Position numbers and translations under genes: made by a program
Assembly: GCA_002633005.1 (NCBI GenBank)
Contig: NMRA01000439.1
Coordinates: forward strand, 248,001 to 312,000
Direction: 5' to 3'
From: Phoronis australis
Taxonomy: Eukaryota > Animalia > Phoronida
Length of the DNA stretch: 64,000 bases
Notes under the pieces: model-generated
Databases searched by the model: none
What the model was told of the DNA's origin: nothing
What the model saw: only the letters and a program-made list of their open reading frames with translations
Shown here: positions 26,901 to 41,900 of the stretch, one piece after another
How the letters are laid out: each line of letters begins with the position of its first letter
How positions within the stretch are numbered: the stretch's first letter is position 1

Positions 26901-29900
26901 TGGTTGTGAACCTAGGATATGCACATGCAAGAGTTTGAAATCTGAAAACTTTTCCGTTAAAATATGGCATTGAATAAGGGACCTTGTGCTTTCACCATGA
27001 AGAATAGCTAGTCCACTAAAATATATTGAGACAACAAGTCAAACACTGTATTTCATGCTCAATGGCTATAACATGTAGTCTGTGGTATTTGATAAAATAT
27101 CAACATAATATTTCTGATGAAAATGCAGTTAGTAAAACATGCATGTATGCTGAAAATCCACATTGCATACAAAAATGCCAGTGCATACCAAAAATCCAAG
27201 AAAACGATGTTGAGATAACAATTGCAATCTGCAAAAGTATAACGTGGCAAAACTAAATCACAGAAGAAATTAAACAGAAAATTAAATCAGGAAATTGACC
27301 AGCAAAACTTCTCATTTGGATGAGAGCCATGCACAAAAAATGCACACCCATCAGTCTATACATCTGTCTGTCCGTCTCTCCATTAAGAATGTAACATAAA
27401 AGTTTGTGAGGCAACACTGATCAAATTCTCAAGAGCAGTGGGAAACAAACGAAGGAAACAATGCATTATGTTTTGAGGACGCCGTCGGCCATCATGTCCC
27501 TTACAGCTTGTTTAAAGCTGTAAAACAATGGGATACAACAAACACAACATGTCTTGCTTTTGAAAAAGTTAAAACACCAGCTTATTGGCTGGACAAAATT
27601 ACGGTGGCTAGCAAAGACTATGTGGCAACTATAAACTTGTAAGTCAATGCCAGTCTTTCTTGGTTTTGTTGTATCAAATGACAGACCCATTAGCCCAGGC
27701 TCCAGGGAGCACTGATGCATTGAAACGTGTGTAGACCAATCTGGCTCCCTGCGGTGACTGAAGCGTAAATACCAAGCAGAACATGCATTGCAGCACTTCT
27801 GAACGCCATTTGTTTATTAGAAATAAACAACAACAACGATAAATTGTGACGAATATGACAGCCATGCACGGAGACACTTAGTGGAACTGACGTGCTGAGG
27901 AGATCATGATGGCAATGAATGTGAACGTGCGTCTGCGCTTGCACTCAGCGTCCATATTCTACACCATCATGTTCAATGTGAAAGTTCTATAGATGTTGAG
28001 CACAAAATTTTGTGCTTGCTCATCATGAAAATCTTGTGCCTGTTCAATATCACACGTACAAAGTGAATGTTGGGGCCAAATGAAAAATTCTGCACACAAT
28101 CATTTAGTACGAAAGTCTGGTGCAAATTCAATCAAATTAAACGTTTCTGAACCCGAATTGGAAAAATGGCACACGTGTTCATTGAAAAAGTTTTGAGAAT
28201 GCTCAACATGAACATTCCACGCATGTTCAATGTGAACGTTCAACACAGTCATGTTCAATGTGAACATTCTGTGCCTACTGAGTATGAACACAATGTACCT
28301 GAGTGTTAAGTATCAAGATTCTGTGTATGTTCAACATCAAATAAATTAATGTTCGTTGCTTGCAGAACATAATTAACATTTTTTGCTTGCAAAACATAAA
28401 ACATTCTACACTTTTTTAATATGAAAACCCTATGCATGTTCAATGTAAATTCTTTCAGAACATGTTCAACTTGAAGGCTCTGTGAACGCCAAGCGAGAAA
28501 ATTCAGTGCCTGTTCGGTGTTACGATTCTGGGCATGTTCACTGTGAATATTCTGGGCATGTTCAGTGTGAATACTCTTGACATGCAGGACATGCAATTAT
28601 TCTTTATAAATATGTACGTGTTCGCAATGAACATTCCGTGAGTGTTCTACACGAGTATAATTCATGCATCCCATGCAGATATCTTACGGCCAGAAGAAGT
28701 GAAACCCAAATAATCGTCGTGGCCATCGCGTTTTTCCCTGCCGTGCCAATATCGCTTTTTTCACTTTCGAGAGTTCAGTCCAATTATGAAAGCTGACTAA
28801 ATCACCGCCCTGATTTAGACAGTCGGAGCGGGCGTCTACCCAGGTCCTGCGTAAATCTTGGTTGGTAACGTAGTTGATCTAGACACAGAGGTAATAAATA
28901 GAAACAGTTTAGATGTAGTTCAAATAAGACAACATACACCTGCTTGAATAGTGACTCACAGAACGTGCTTTCTCCAGAAATCGTTGTGATAGGTTGAGTT
29001 GTGAAAGCTGGCAAGTTCTGCACCCTGTTTCTGACAGTCGGAGCGAGCGTCGACCCATGTCTTCTGAGCATTCACGTCGTCTGGCTTGTTAACCTATTCC
29101 CATGCAAAATTTGAAACAAATACACACCTTAAACTGAAAGAGTATTTCGAAGGTGACAGCAAGTTGGTTTTAATTTTAAAAATCAATAAGAAGCTCAAAA
29201 AAGATTTATGATGGGGCCAGGAGACCCGTGTCCCACTCTTACGTGTCGGCATTCCATTTTGAGGACTATATTCAAGATTTGTCTTTTGAAAGTTGCAGTG
29301 GGAAAAGTACACCCTACATTAATGATTCGTGTGTAATTCGGCAATATATGGTTACCTTCATCTTTTTTGTGCTTCATAGCTTAGCAATTGTCAGATGATA
29401 ATAAAAGTTAATCTTTTTGTTTTGGCTTGTCTATAAACTTCATGAAATGAATTGAAATGCAAACCATCTTAGACAATACTAGATGTTTCCAATTGATGCT
29501 TTTTCAACATGACCTCAATATTTCTCAAAATAGTAAGAACTATTGCACTTTCAAGTTTAATTCTGAATTTAAGACAGAGCTCCCTCCAACAAAATGACAG
29601 CTGGAATGAAACTAATTTTCCATATTTTAGGAACTTGGAAAAACTGTTACTAAACAGTACACCAAATACATACGAGATAGTAACTTCGTTAATAATTGTT
29701 CTTGTTTTAGCTGAATCTTGATGTTATCGCTCAGGAGAGTTTAATGGCACATTACATGGTGTGATACAACCAGTTTTTGTAAACTTTGCAAAACAAGATA
29801 TATTATGATTTCAACTTTTCAAAAGGTTGACCATGCAACCAGTTCATTAAGCATTAAGATTCAGTAAAAGATAAAATAAACTCAGCAATGAATTTTCATA

Positions 29901-32900
29901 ACCTTACGCACCTGGAAACAGTAGTCACCAATGGTTTCCCAGCCTGATGGACAAGGGGGCGGAGTTACGAGACGAGTGACAGGTGGAGGCCCTGTGTAGC
30001 CCACCCTCGACTTCTCACAGATGGCATGCAGACGAGACTTGCAACTTTGATCTGCCCACAGCCCTGCAGTTTGGCCGGCACCCATGGCAACGCACTGCCC
30101 GATTGTGTTGTCTTAAACAGATAAAACAGCCGTTTACAAGTAAAAACAACAAATTAAAGATGAAAGATAGAAATTAGAGAGAATGAGCTAGACAACAATT
30201 TCTCTTCTATTTATCATTTGAGAGTTGGGAAGACATTTTAGACACTGTAGATTATAAAAACTAAATACGTCAGTGAAAACTGAACTTTTCATGACTTGAA
30301 TGGCAAAAATTTCTTAACCACAACAGAAGAAAAGAGAAACTGCTGTTCCTCTGTTGATATGTCCCAACCTATTGTGTAACTTGCCTGAGCGACATAAGGG
30401 GGCGACTTGATTTGTGCACACCACTGTGTATCAGAGCGATCTTAATATCCCCCAAAATGCAGTGCAATTTGATTGGAAGGAGCGTCATGATTTGTCAACG
30501 GTACCTGGCTGACTCGGGCCCCAGTTGGTGTAGAGAACGACAACAGAGGTATCACTGAATGTGTACATGCCCTTGATCTTGTTATCAGTCAGATCCGTCC
30601 AGTAAGACTGGTCCCGGTTACCTAGCTGACTGGACAGGAACGCTTGTTCAAACCTGCAAGACGGGTCAAACACGATAATAGGAATGTTCGCTTAAACTTT
30701 CAAGAAGGGTTTAAAATGTAATTTATGAGAATACTCATCCATAACCTGCAAGCCAAGTTAAACAAAATGTGAAGGAATTTGTATTCAAACTTGCAAGTAA
30801 GGTTAAGCACGATATAGGGGCACTTGCTCGAACCTGAAAGGTTAAAAATGATGACATTTAGGAACACTTGTTCAAACACTGAAATGGCGGGAGCATGCCA
30901 CCCAAAAAACAACCTAATTTGTATCAATTTAGATCGAGTAGTTCTCCTCGATAGCGGCACGTACGGTTGCGTTACCTGACACCTGACGGCAGACGGAGGT
31001 GATGAAATTTTCCACTGACGTCATCGGTTTCACACGCAGTCTGTTCAGCAGTTCACAACACGGGTAACTGGTGTCAGCTTATCGCTTGAATTCATCGTTT
31101 AACACCAATAAATGATCAAACTTCGATGTAAAACCCTTAAAAATACACCGAGTTCTTATAAAAACGTGTTGTCTTATTTCACTGTTACGGATTTATTNTT
31201 GAGCAAGAGATGACGGAACACTTGTTCAAACTTCCAGACATGGTCAGTCATGAGCTTGAGGAACAGTTGTTCAAACCCTGAAGGCAAGTATGAGATGCAG
31301 GTAGCTTGTTCAAATCAGAAAGATTGAGTAAGGCATGCATGGTACATCTGCTAATGAACAATTTAAAGATCTTTGTCCAAACTGAATATATAAAATAGTA
31401 ACCAGTCTTCTCTCCTTATTTCACCTTGCATTATAATACTGTTTTCACTTCAACTTTCTGCCCCTTCTGAACATTAGAACGAATTACCGATTGGGAAAAT
31501 GCGCTGTACAAAAAAGAATACCGCTAGCATTCATTTCTGAAATTAATTATTTAAGGAACAACCATTTAGAAATATTCAGGTTGACGGTAAATATTCACTG
31601 AAGGTTTAATATCCATATCAACTATAGATTATTAGATAATTCAGTGTAATGCGCCATCTGGTGGTGTGAAGTGGTGAAGTTGTTCTATAAACAAGCAAAC
31701 TCACACACTCTTCTGCAGCTAACTGCTTTTCAATTCATGGATTTTTTTCGGATTCATCAGATTGGAGACATCGCAAATCTGATAAATGCAACAATTTCTG
31801 TCACACAGACATTCATCCGGCATCACTTGATTTGTAACGCCAACTGCGTTTAAATACTAGGCTGACATATGGCAACAATTTCTCCAACGCGTCAAGCATG
31901 GTGAGAGAAGTTGCCACGTAAACACTGCAAAAATCTTGCTTGATTACGCAAAAAACAAAAACCAACAACATCTCTCATTAAGAAACAGAATGAATAGCAT
32001 GAATGTACTTTAAAAATGAAAAGAAAATGAGAAGTTGACCTACTTGTTATCCACTCGTACCAAGTTACCGCCAAGACTCTGACAGAAGTGCCGCGCCCAG
32101 TCCCAGTTGCGAAGGAAGTCCGAGAACAAGTAACAAGAACTCTTGTACGGAATCCAGTCCTACAGGTAACCCAAACGGTTAACTCAGCAGATATTTGACG
32201 CAAAAATAATGATCATAATTGCTGCTTTTCCATTTTTCAAAAGCTGACTATGGGACACAATGTGGTGAACAGGTAAATTTTCATTTTGTCAAATTTCTCA
32301 ACAAAACATTTCCAGAAAATTTATCTTGCTTTTGGCATTTTTATACTAATCGGAGCATTTTACCCCTAAAGATGAAACAACCACAAAAAAAAGAAAATTT
32401 TGCATTGCATTGCAACTACTTGAATTAGTAAGCCCTTCTTCAAATAATTTCCAAGGAAACAATGATTGCTTGCATCTCAGAGAAACATTCGCGATCACTC
32501 ACCCGGTCACATCCAGGGTGGCTGGGTGGTACGCTGGGAGGGGGCAGCACTTGTTTGGGTGTCTTGCACAGAGCAGAATACTGTGCGTCACACAAGTCGT
32601 CATTCCACAACCCATTCTGGAAAGTATCATGTATCTTAAAACGGCCATTACACACATGACTAATGACAAGATTAAGAAAATTAAGGCATGGCATTTCATT
32701 CTTATGCTTCGACTTGAAATTGGTTATATTAAATCGCCTGGAATTCTCCGATAGCCATACTGTGTTGGCGACTGAAACTGAAGTTAACTAGTCTTGATGA
32801 GCAAATTGACGGGCCAGCATGCCTGGTTTCAAGCAATAACAACCAGCGAGTTTTTTTCTTAAATTAAAAATAAATATAAAGCACAATAATTGGAATTAAG

Positions 32901-35900
32901 CCCAGAAAGTGCTAGAAAGCTTATGTATTAGTATCTGGGTATCAGTTCTTCTATAGTATCTTAAGTGCGTGTTTGAATGTGGCGTGGCAACTTTTGGCGA
33001 CCTGTCATTTTTACAAGGTCATCAAACCAGGCCACCAAATCGAATCCTGAATGACCTGTTTGTGGAAGTACCACAGCTGTCACTACAAAATTACTTTTAT
33101 TAGCCACAATCCTGATCGACATAACCATGACCACCATACCAGCATACCTCTCTAATCACGTGAACGCAGTCTTCCTTCCTGCCTTGCCAGTTATTAGGCT
33201 CATGTGAATTCCATTTGGTCAAGAGTACAGGCGACCCATCTGACCACTCAAAGTACATGGAGTGGTCAAGGTCGTTCAGCCCGATCCACACATTTGTTTT
33301 GGCTGTAGACAAGTGGAGGTTGTCAAAGTCAATTCATTCTGTTCATGTGTTACAACCAATATTGTTATAAGTGACAGGAAAATTGCTCAAACCCTATAAA
33401 CATTAAAACAAGTTATCATTTCTAATAACATCCTGTTTTTTCCTGTTTCGTAGAGTGTTACTGATGTCTTCCAGGATATTACTATCTTTCTGAGTGTAGT
33501 ATGTTTCCAACAGGCAGTCCTGTGAATGAATGATGCCAAGTGTAAAAACTTTTTTTGACGAGTTTCACAATAAGTTTTCACGTGTTTTCATATTCCACGG
33601 GTTTTCCACTTTAAAAATTTTGTCTTTTGCAGATTTTTTAAAATCACGACAAGGTGTTCTTAAGTAGTTTTCACAGCTCCCACTTGTCAAAGATTTTGTC
33701 CCAACCTCACCAATACAACTTAAAATAATGACCAGAACTGACATATTTTAAATTTTTTTAAAGGCTTCTAACATCCTAGTGTGAATAACCATTTCACAAA
33801 ATATTGTGCAATTTTATGGTAGCAGTGGCATAAAAATTGCTTCTTAAATTTTAGGAAAACAATAATCTGTATCACTAGTTGGCCAAAAGTGTCCTAAATT
33901 GATGAGATTGAACCATGATAAAGTAAGGTGTAAGCGGTGGAAACATCCCTTATTAATATTCGATGACAGTCATATTTGCATAAGGTGTTATGTGAAGGTA
34001 GTTGGGAGTAAAAAGAGGCAGAAAGTAAGGTTGGCAAATATCATTTGTTAAGCACAGTAGTTCAAACCAGAAATAATGTGACAAAATACAAACAAACACA
34101 TTATGAAGATGGCTGCTGTTCACGCAATTTCAAACTCCACTTACCACCAGCTATCATTGAAGTGACAAAGCTATACTCCACAGGTGTCACTACAGAAGCC
34201 AGGTCACCGCCCGCTGATCGGCAATAGTCCCTGGCATCCTGCCAACTTTGTAACGGATCGCCAACAAGCATGTAACATGAGTCGCCATTAGGAGTCCAAC
34301 CGTCAGCGCAACGCAGAGAAGTAGGAGCTATAAGGAGGTCAGTGTTCAGGTACAGAACAAGTCCGTTTCTCACTTCATTCCAATTTGGTCGACAACCGCA
34401 TTTTGGGCTTGGAGGGGGTAACTAGTGCATAGTGGCTTAGAATACAATTTACTAGGCTGGTTCTATTGAGCTCACAGCACCACAGGTTTGTAAGCAGAAT
34501 TAAAGTGGCAGATACAAACAAAACTTATTGCCTGATGTCAATCAGAAGTGGTTTCTAGGCCTTGGAAAAAATGACTGCTTGTTATTGCTCAAGGCGATGC
34601 TCGGCACATAAAATGGGGCGTCGTGTCACGCCAACTTGTAGAGTGTGATCTCGAGCAAGGACAAACTGACAGTTATTACCACATCTAAATATTACTTCCA
34701 ATTTGACCAAGGAATAATCTGAGACCAATTTCTTAATAGCAAGTCGTCTAACCCAAAAGTTGATGCCAAGTTTATAGCGGTTTAAAGCTTTCTAACAACA
34801 AAGTTGGGTTATGTAGCTTTAATGCATCAATCAGTTAATTGCCATGAGTACGCTTCTTACCAATTCCGGTGCTGTAGATGGTGCTTGCATACGAGCCGCC
34901 GCATGCACCTGTGGTGTTGACAGTGTTGGTGCACGGATTAGTGCACCGGTTACTCACACTGTACTTCCCGTAACTGTTACCACAGTAACAATACTTGGAG
35001 TTTTGCAGTCCAGCATACATGTAACCCTGGAAACCACATGCAGTACAGAGTAGTTTTATTACACCGTAAACAAAATTTCAGAAAATTTCCACTATTCGAG
35101 CAGATTTTTCAGCAAGTGTCCTACCGACTGGCTCTTACATAGAACTACATATTAAGTTAAACTGGTTCCACAATTAGATGGCATTTTTTAACAAATTATT
35201 CATAATTTAAGCAAATACAAGAGCAAACCTTACTGCTCAGAAAAAACATATTTAGGCAGCAAGATGAGATGAACAATCTTCTTGAGGAACAACTGAAATA
35301 ATTTTGGATTAAATTCCTTCTACTCTACTTCATGATTTTGACAACACTTGGAACCTAGACATTAATGTGAAACTGTTATTCAGGTCAAATCCAAGGATGT
35401 CCAAACATAAGAAAAGCCAAGTGGTGGGTGGGAAATGAAACTTAAAACAAAACATGATAGTTTAAACGGGAACTTTAGAAAAATTCAGGAAGTAAATGTA
35501 CAGCCAGACTTAGGCGCAAGATACCGTGCGTGGACAAGTTTTGAATGCCGCGCCGAAACCAAATTCAGTCAGCAAAATCTCACCAATTTAGGACATGGTG
35601 GACAAGTGAAACTTTATGTAGGAAGAAATAAAAACATACTAATCTTAATTTCAACACCACAGCTACCAGACAACGCTTTGCAAAAATTGTGGACATTCAC
35701 AGCAATGTTAGAAGCCTTTCAAAAATTAAAAATATCAATTTACGTATTATTTTTGTACAAACTGTGAGATTTTACCAAAAGTCTTCTGAAATGAGAAGAG
35801 AAAGGGGAACTCAGACACACTAACTTGAAATGAAAGCCAACATAATAGTGACTGATGAAAGTCGAAGTTAAAATGCTCACATTTTGAAAGCAATGCCGGA

Positions 35901-38900
35901 TGCAGGACATAGGCCAAATGTCAAACTTGGGACTCCAAGGTTCAAACGGGAGGTCAGGATCGTTGCGTTTGTCCTCGTAACAGCCAATCAGGATATTCTT
36001 TGTGTTCCCCTTAGGAATGCCTACAAAGATACACAGCAGAATTCAAAATCAGCAGGAAACATTCTGCCACTCCTTAGCATTGTGAACACAAAAGGTGCCT
36101 TTCGATTGACCCAATTTCCAACTATGGCATGCAACATGGGCCGAGTTCTTAGGGAAAAAAAGCAATTTGTTTCATTCACGGATATTTTGAGACGATTATC
36201 GTATTTACATGAATTGTTTGAATATCTGCCTGCGAAACATTGTCACTCTGATGGCATGATGGTTGCAAAGAATTTATAGATAAAAGGTGAGAAATACCTC
36301 ATTGCATAAAATTCATACAAGAATGTAAAACACTGCCCACCAACTACTCTAGCGCCATCTAGCAACAAGGCATACTTCATCGCATTGCAGCTACATCTGT
36401 TAGCGGCTATTGGCTGTACATAAGTGCTAACAGCACACAAGGGGGCTGGGTTTATCATTCATAACAACGAGGCATGTCGCACAGGCAGTTCAACCTACCG
36501 TGACAACCGTAGACCTCCCATCTGAGAGCTATGAACTTGTTGAATGTGTCTGGGTATAGGCGGATGTATCGGGCAGTGAACGGGCTCGACAGCAGGTACT
36601 TGCGAATAGTCTGCGCATCGTTGTTGCCAGTAAAGATCTGAAATACGTGTGCAATAAAGTATTTTCAAAAGTAACTATGAAGCGTGCTATACAGCGCAAG
36701 CCAAATGCAGACAAAATGACCCGGTATTCTACGTCATGACTGCTGGGTGGAAGTAGTCTTCCCTCATGACTCGGAATGAACGAGAATGAACAGGAAGTAA
36801 GTAAGGTGCCAAAGTCATTCTGTACAAATATTTTCGCTGCCCTATAGTTATTAGCACTATTTTTTGCTGTTAACAGAATTAGCAAACACGACAGCAAGGA
36901 AAATGATATTTTGTCAGATTACACATGTCTTAAATTGTATTGGCCCAATATAAATGAACATGATAGATGATAAACAAAAGACTGCTAAGACTGCAAATTA
37001 GTTAAGGTCTGAGAAAGTCAGTTTTGGAGTTTGCTGTTGTGTAAGATAGACTTTCTGAAGTTATTAGCTTTAATCATGCCTATAAAACAACAAAATAGTA
37101 GGTTTTGTCAGTTTTATCAGAAAATCAGTTTCCCGATATTGGCTTCCACTCACTTTGTAGATGAATTAACGGAGATCAAGGCCCATGACCTTATCTGTTA
37201 AATAAACTTAAAATACTAAGCACCTGGTTGGTTCTTATAGCTATTGCAAAGTGTCGGACGGCAAAGTCGGACGGTGCTGAGGTCGTGGGTTAAAGTCCAT
37301 CTCTGAGCTGATTTCAAAATTTAAACCATGTCGCCGCAAATGTCACTTTTAAGAGAAATGTTACCTTTTTAAAAATACTTTCATCCAATTTGGCACATTT
37401 TACCTAGACTATGAAAGGTAAAATTTAATCTTTCAGTCAATTTATTAACAAACAGCATGAAATTATGTACCTTGCGTTTTCCAGCCTCCTGGTATGAGTA
37501 CCATGTCTGACCATCGTTTCTGTACATTATGTAATACGTCTTCACCCAGGCATTGGTTCCTGTTCTCCCTCTGGTGGCCACTCCAGTGATGTACAGGCTA
37601 ACTTCAAAGTCTACCTGCAACAACACAGTCAAACACATTTGAAATTACACAGAACTAAGTACAATTACCAAGATATTGTTAAATGTAAAGTAATGGTCAT
37701 TAGGTGAATACCGCGAATTTAAAAACCGGTCCCATGTATGTAGCCATGCCAGATGCTTTGTGCACATCTAAACGACCCAGTTTTCTCTTGTGAAAGTGGA
37801 GACAGCATCATGCTGAGAGTGAACTTCCGCTCCACGTTTGGTTGACTCGTGTTACAAATCAAACTTGCCTGAATTTACTACTGAAACTGTTTCTGGCCAT
37901 TTTTGTTGCTACTTGGTGAATCTGTCTTCATTGTAAAAAAAGTCCACAATCCATTTTTGAAGCATCGAACGTGGCTCAGAAATAATAACGTTACTTGTGC
38001 TAGCTTAATTCAAATCCGAGTCCTCCAGCGCACAGTTCCAAAACAAATGACTTACAACATAAATCTGCTGCCATGGTAATTGATATGGCCTAAGGCAAAT
38101 CATTGGAGGACCTTACATGACTTGTCTGTTGATCAGACTCGTGCTTAACAGTCACACTTCAGATCACCTAACGTATGTTTAGTGACTATTCTAACAGGAT
38201 GTGGAGTACATGTGACCTCAAAACTCTTAGTGGGCGGGGCCTGAAAACTGATCACACTGACCTGGATCCATTGTCCTCCACTGTCAACCTTGGGAGTCCA
38301 CGCCCCTGGCAAGCCATTGGCTCTGACGGTGTTGAGGCGGGACCTGGACGGAGTGTGAGCATTGGTGTATTGTGAGCTGGCTGTCAGTTGAGAGTCCAGA
38401 ACCTTGTGTGGTCCATCAATCAGAGGAATGGGTTCACAGCCTGGAATGGGAGGATGTTTAGCCTGATTGGTCATTTCACCCGTCAATCATGTAACAAAAT
38501 TCACAAAGTTGCGCCCATGAAACAAAGAAATATTAGAAGGCAAAGTGTTAATATTTACAAAATTTCTACAAAAATTTCATGCTTTTCATGGTATTACTTT
38601 TACCAAAATGACTATAAAGTCCCTAAACTTATATACATCTGGGTGCAAAAGGACAGGTTATCTAACAAATCGTGACAGCAATCATTCCCTATGTTTAGCT
38701 GTGAATAATCTAGAACCGACGTGGAAGTATAGATCACGAACATCTTTAAGTCTGGCCTGCACACCACTTGTTGGCCACGTCATGTGACCTTATGAACTTA
38801 AGTCTGGAAAGACTTCTGCCCCGACCGGGACTCAAACCCGGGACCTTCTGCTAACTGTGCAGACACTCTAGTCCACTAGTACTGCTGAGCCATAGGGACT

Positions 38901-41900
38901 TATGTTCATTATAGGTCACATTATGTTCATTATAGGTCACGTGATGTGGCTAACAGGTCACATGCACATCAAACTTAAAAAATGTTTGTGAAGCTTAACA
39001 ACGCAACTGAAACTTAGTTTTTTAAAATAAGGGGATATATCGACCTGACCAGCCAAATGAATGCACGGTCACTTGGTGGAAATCGATATCAACAGAAGGA
39101 GTTCAAAGAGGGCAACGTTGTGACCTATTGCTTGTGTTACGTTACATCATAAAATCATGCAATTTTTGGAAATTCTTCTACAAAATCATACATGTAAATG
39201 TGCATATAAAACCTTTTTCATGGTGTACCTGCAGTCAATATTGTGTTGACCAGCTACAGTATAAACTTGTTGTAAACAGATTGCTAAAATCACTGAATAC
39301 CAATTTGACATTCCTCACCTAGAGTACAGCCAATCACGTCGAACCTCAAGGAGACATGAGACACAAAGGTCGAGGGGTAGAGTCGCACATAGCGGGCAAC
39401 GAATGGTGACGCAAACATATTGACCACTGTCGAATTCTGATCAGTGTTGCCCGTGAATGCCTGCAAGTATTTATTAGGTTAGCGAGTGTGCAAATCTAGA
39501 GTAACTATAATGTAATCACCAAGTTTAGCAGATGATTCACAAGATACTAGCTTCAAAATGTGATGAATATTTTCAGTCATCCAGTTGAGTTAATTGTATA
39601 AAAATAAATCAATTACTGGACTTACGGTTTACTGAGATGGCTATGTTACGGAGAGGTGGTTCAGGAGAGGTGTCAAGGAAGCAATTTAATATAAAGCAGT
39701 TGAGAATCCTAGCCTAAACAGACAGGGGGGCCTGAGGTTTCTGTTGCCAAGGACGTGGGATGGGGCACTAAAGAGTATCCCGCATAAACTGTGCTATGGA
39801 TCACATGACGAGTCACGTGACACCTCAGTGGCGTGATGAAAACCTCAAGAGAAGGACGTAACGTAGCCATCTCAATAAACCGTAAGTCTAGTAATTGATT
39901 TATTTTTCTAGATAAGCTCCAAAATGTCTTATCTAAAACAACTAATTGAATATTGAGAGTGTTCAAACAATAACTCAGCTCCCTTTGCAACTGTCAAGTC
40001 ACTTTGGGATACAGTTAAGTTACCGATACTTCATTTGCCATTTTTACAAGAATGTACAAAACGCAGATTTTTTCTCTCACTTTTCAAAAGTACAAGAAAC
40101 TGAACAACAGAGATAAAAATTAAGATGCTGTTTTTCTCACATTTTCATTTGTTGGTTGAGCTCGTTAGCTACATCAGCACCGTTATTACATAAATGCCCA
40201 AATGTTCACATCAAAGAACCCTGCGATATCAAAGCCGTGGGAATTTTGTTACAGTTTTAACATTTTGAAAATTAAATAAAGAGTTGAACTTTGTATTTTC
40301 AAATCACCATTTCACACAAAAAATAATGCTAATAGCAAGCCCACACTTGTGAAAATGACAACAGCTTTGAACAGTGCTCTAATAAATAAATGTTGTATGC
40401 TCACTAGCCAAACACTAGCGACATCTTGTGTTGTCCTACAAAATTCACTACCTCATCATAAGTGAGTACCACCCACAACATAATCCATCACACACAAACA
40501 CCAGCCTACCTTGACCTGTCCAAAAGGCTCTTGGTAAAACGTGGGCACCGTCTCGCCAGACTTCCAGTACGCCACCTTGTATGATGTGACCCACTCCGGT
40601 GCGTCACTACGACCCTGGGTGACCACCCCGCGGATACGTAAATCTAGACCCAGGTCAACCTTAAATAACAAATTGGGTGAACTAGTAGGAAAAAGAATAC
40701 TATCTTAAATACCTAAGGCAAAAACATTTTTCTTTCACTGACCTTGGGAGACACAGAAAGCCAGAAAAGCAAGTTCCCAAGAACCGACTATGTTAAAAAG
40801 TTGAAAATGATGGGCCTAGCAAGGTGGCCACTGTTTTTGCTTCAGAGGATGGTGTTTTAATAAACAAAGAAACATGTCAAGCCAGTTTGAATCCATCGTT
40901 GTTTTTATTAACAAATGCAACAAATTGCTATCATGGAGATGGACAAATAACTGAGCAAACAGCTAATCATAAAATTAGAGTACCATCAACCATAAAAGTA
41001 AGATGTTTTATCAAACCTTGCATGGTTGTAATAAAATTTATAGGCTGGACCAATGAAACTTTGTTAGGATTACAGATTTTTCTTATAAGAAATACTGTAC
41101 AATTCTATTTTATTATAGAGAGAAAGAGGATAAAATGAGATGCAAATTACAGAAAAATAGATTAACTTTTTTAGTTCAAAATTCATTAAGAGATTCATTT
41201 AATTTTAATTTCAACACAAAGGAGATACCTGAATGTATTGATTACTAGAACTGCCAGAGGACCAGCCCCCAGCTAGGTTGTTACTTTTCTGCATATCAAT
41301 ACGCCCACGGGCAGCTGGACTGGTACTACTTTCACTAGAGGCAGTCAGGGCACTGTCATCTGCTTTCACATCACCGTTGACAAGGTATTCTCCAACGCAC
41401 TCAGAGTCTGGGAAAAGTCAACATTAACCAACAACTGTCACAGAAACCACGACAGTAAACACAGAGACCACAGAGCAACATGAGGCTGATCTGAGAGAAT
41501 GTGGTGGTAAAAAATTCTGTCAGGAAATTTTTATTTGAATACAGCCAAGGTCAGTGAGCACCTCGGAATGAACATGGTCGTTTTGATGTTCTTTGCTCCT
41601 TTGCACTTAAGATTAAGTATTTTAATCCTTACAACACAATTTACATGGCTGAATGCAAAAACGATCTGATGTCAGCCATGTAGTTCTTATGACAATGACA
41701 AAACATGACTACCTTGTTTGGTAATTTGACCTAGATAATTAGCATATAATTTGACCTAGATAATTTGCAGGTAATTTGACCTAGATTATTAGCATGATTA
41801 GAAAAAAACTGTAAGTAATACTAACATTGTCAGGATATTTGATAATCAATGACATTATACATTCTGCCTGGCAATCGTTTCCTGATTGACCAGTGTATTC

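Larger units (their letters stand above)
16086..27223. repeat. Direct duplication 16086-21313 / 22594-27223 around an 855-N gap (21314-22168)
   Basis: Collinear exons 38-41 and introns with scattered SNPs and indels; copy a ends exactly at the gap. Confidence 0.92.

Noticed and set aside
38816-38900. Functional tRNA gene
   Set aside because: The D-arm region is interrupted by extra bases, the acceptor stem is imperfect, and it sits inside a palindromic repeat; treated as SINE-like.
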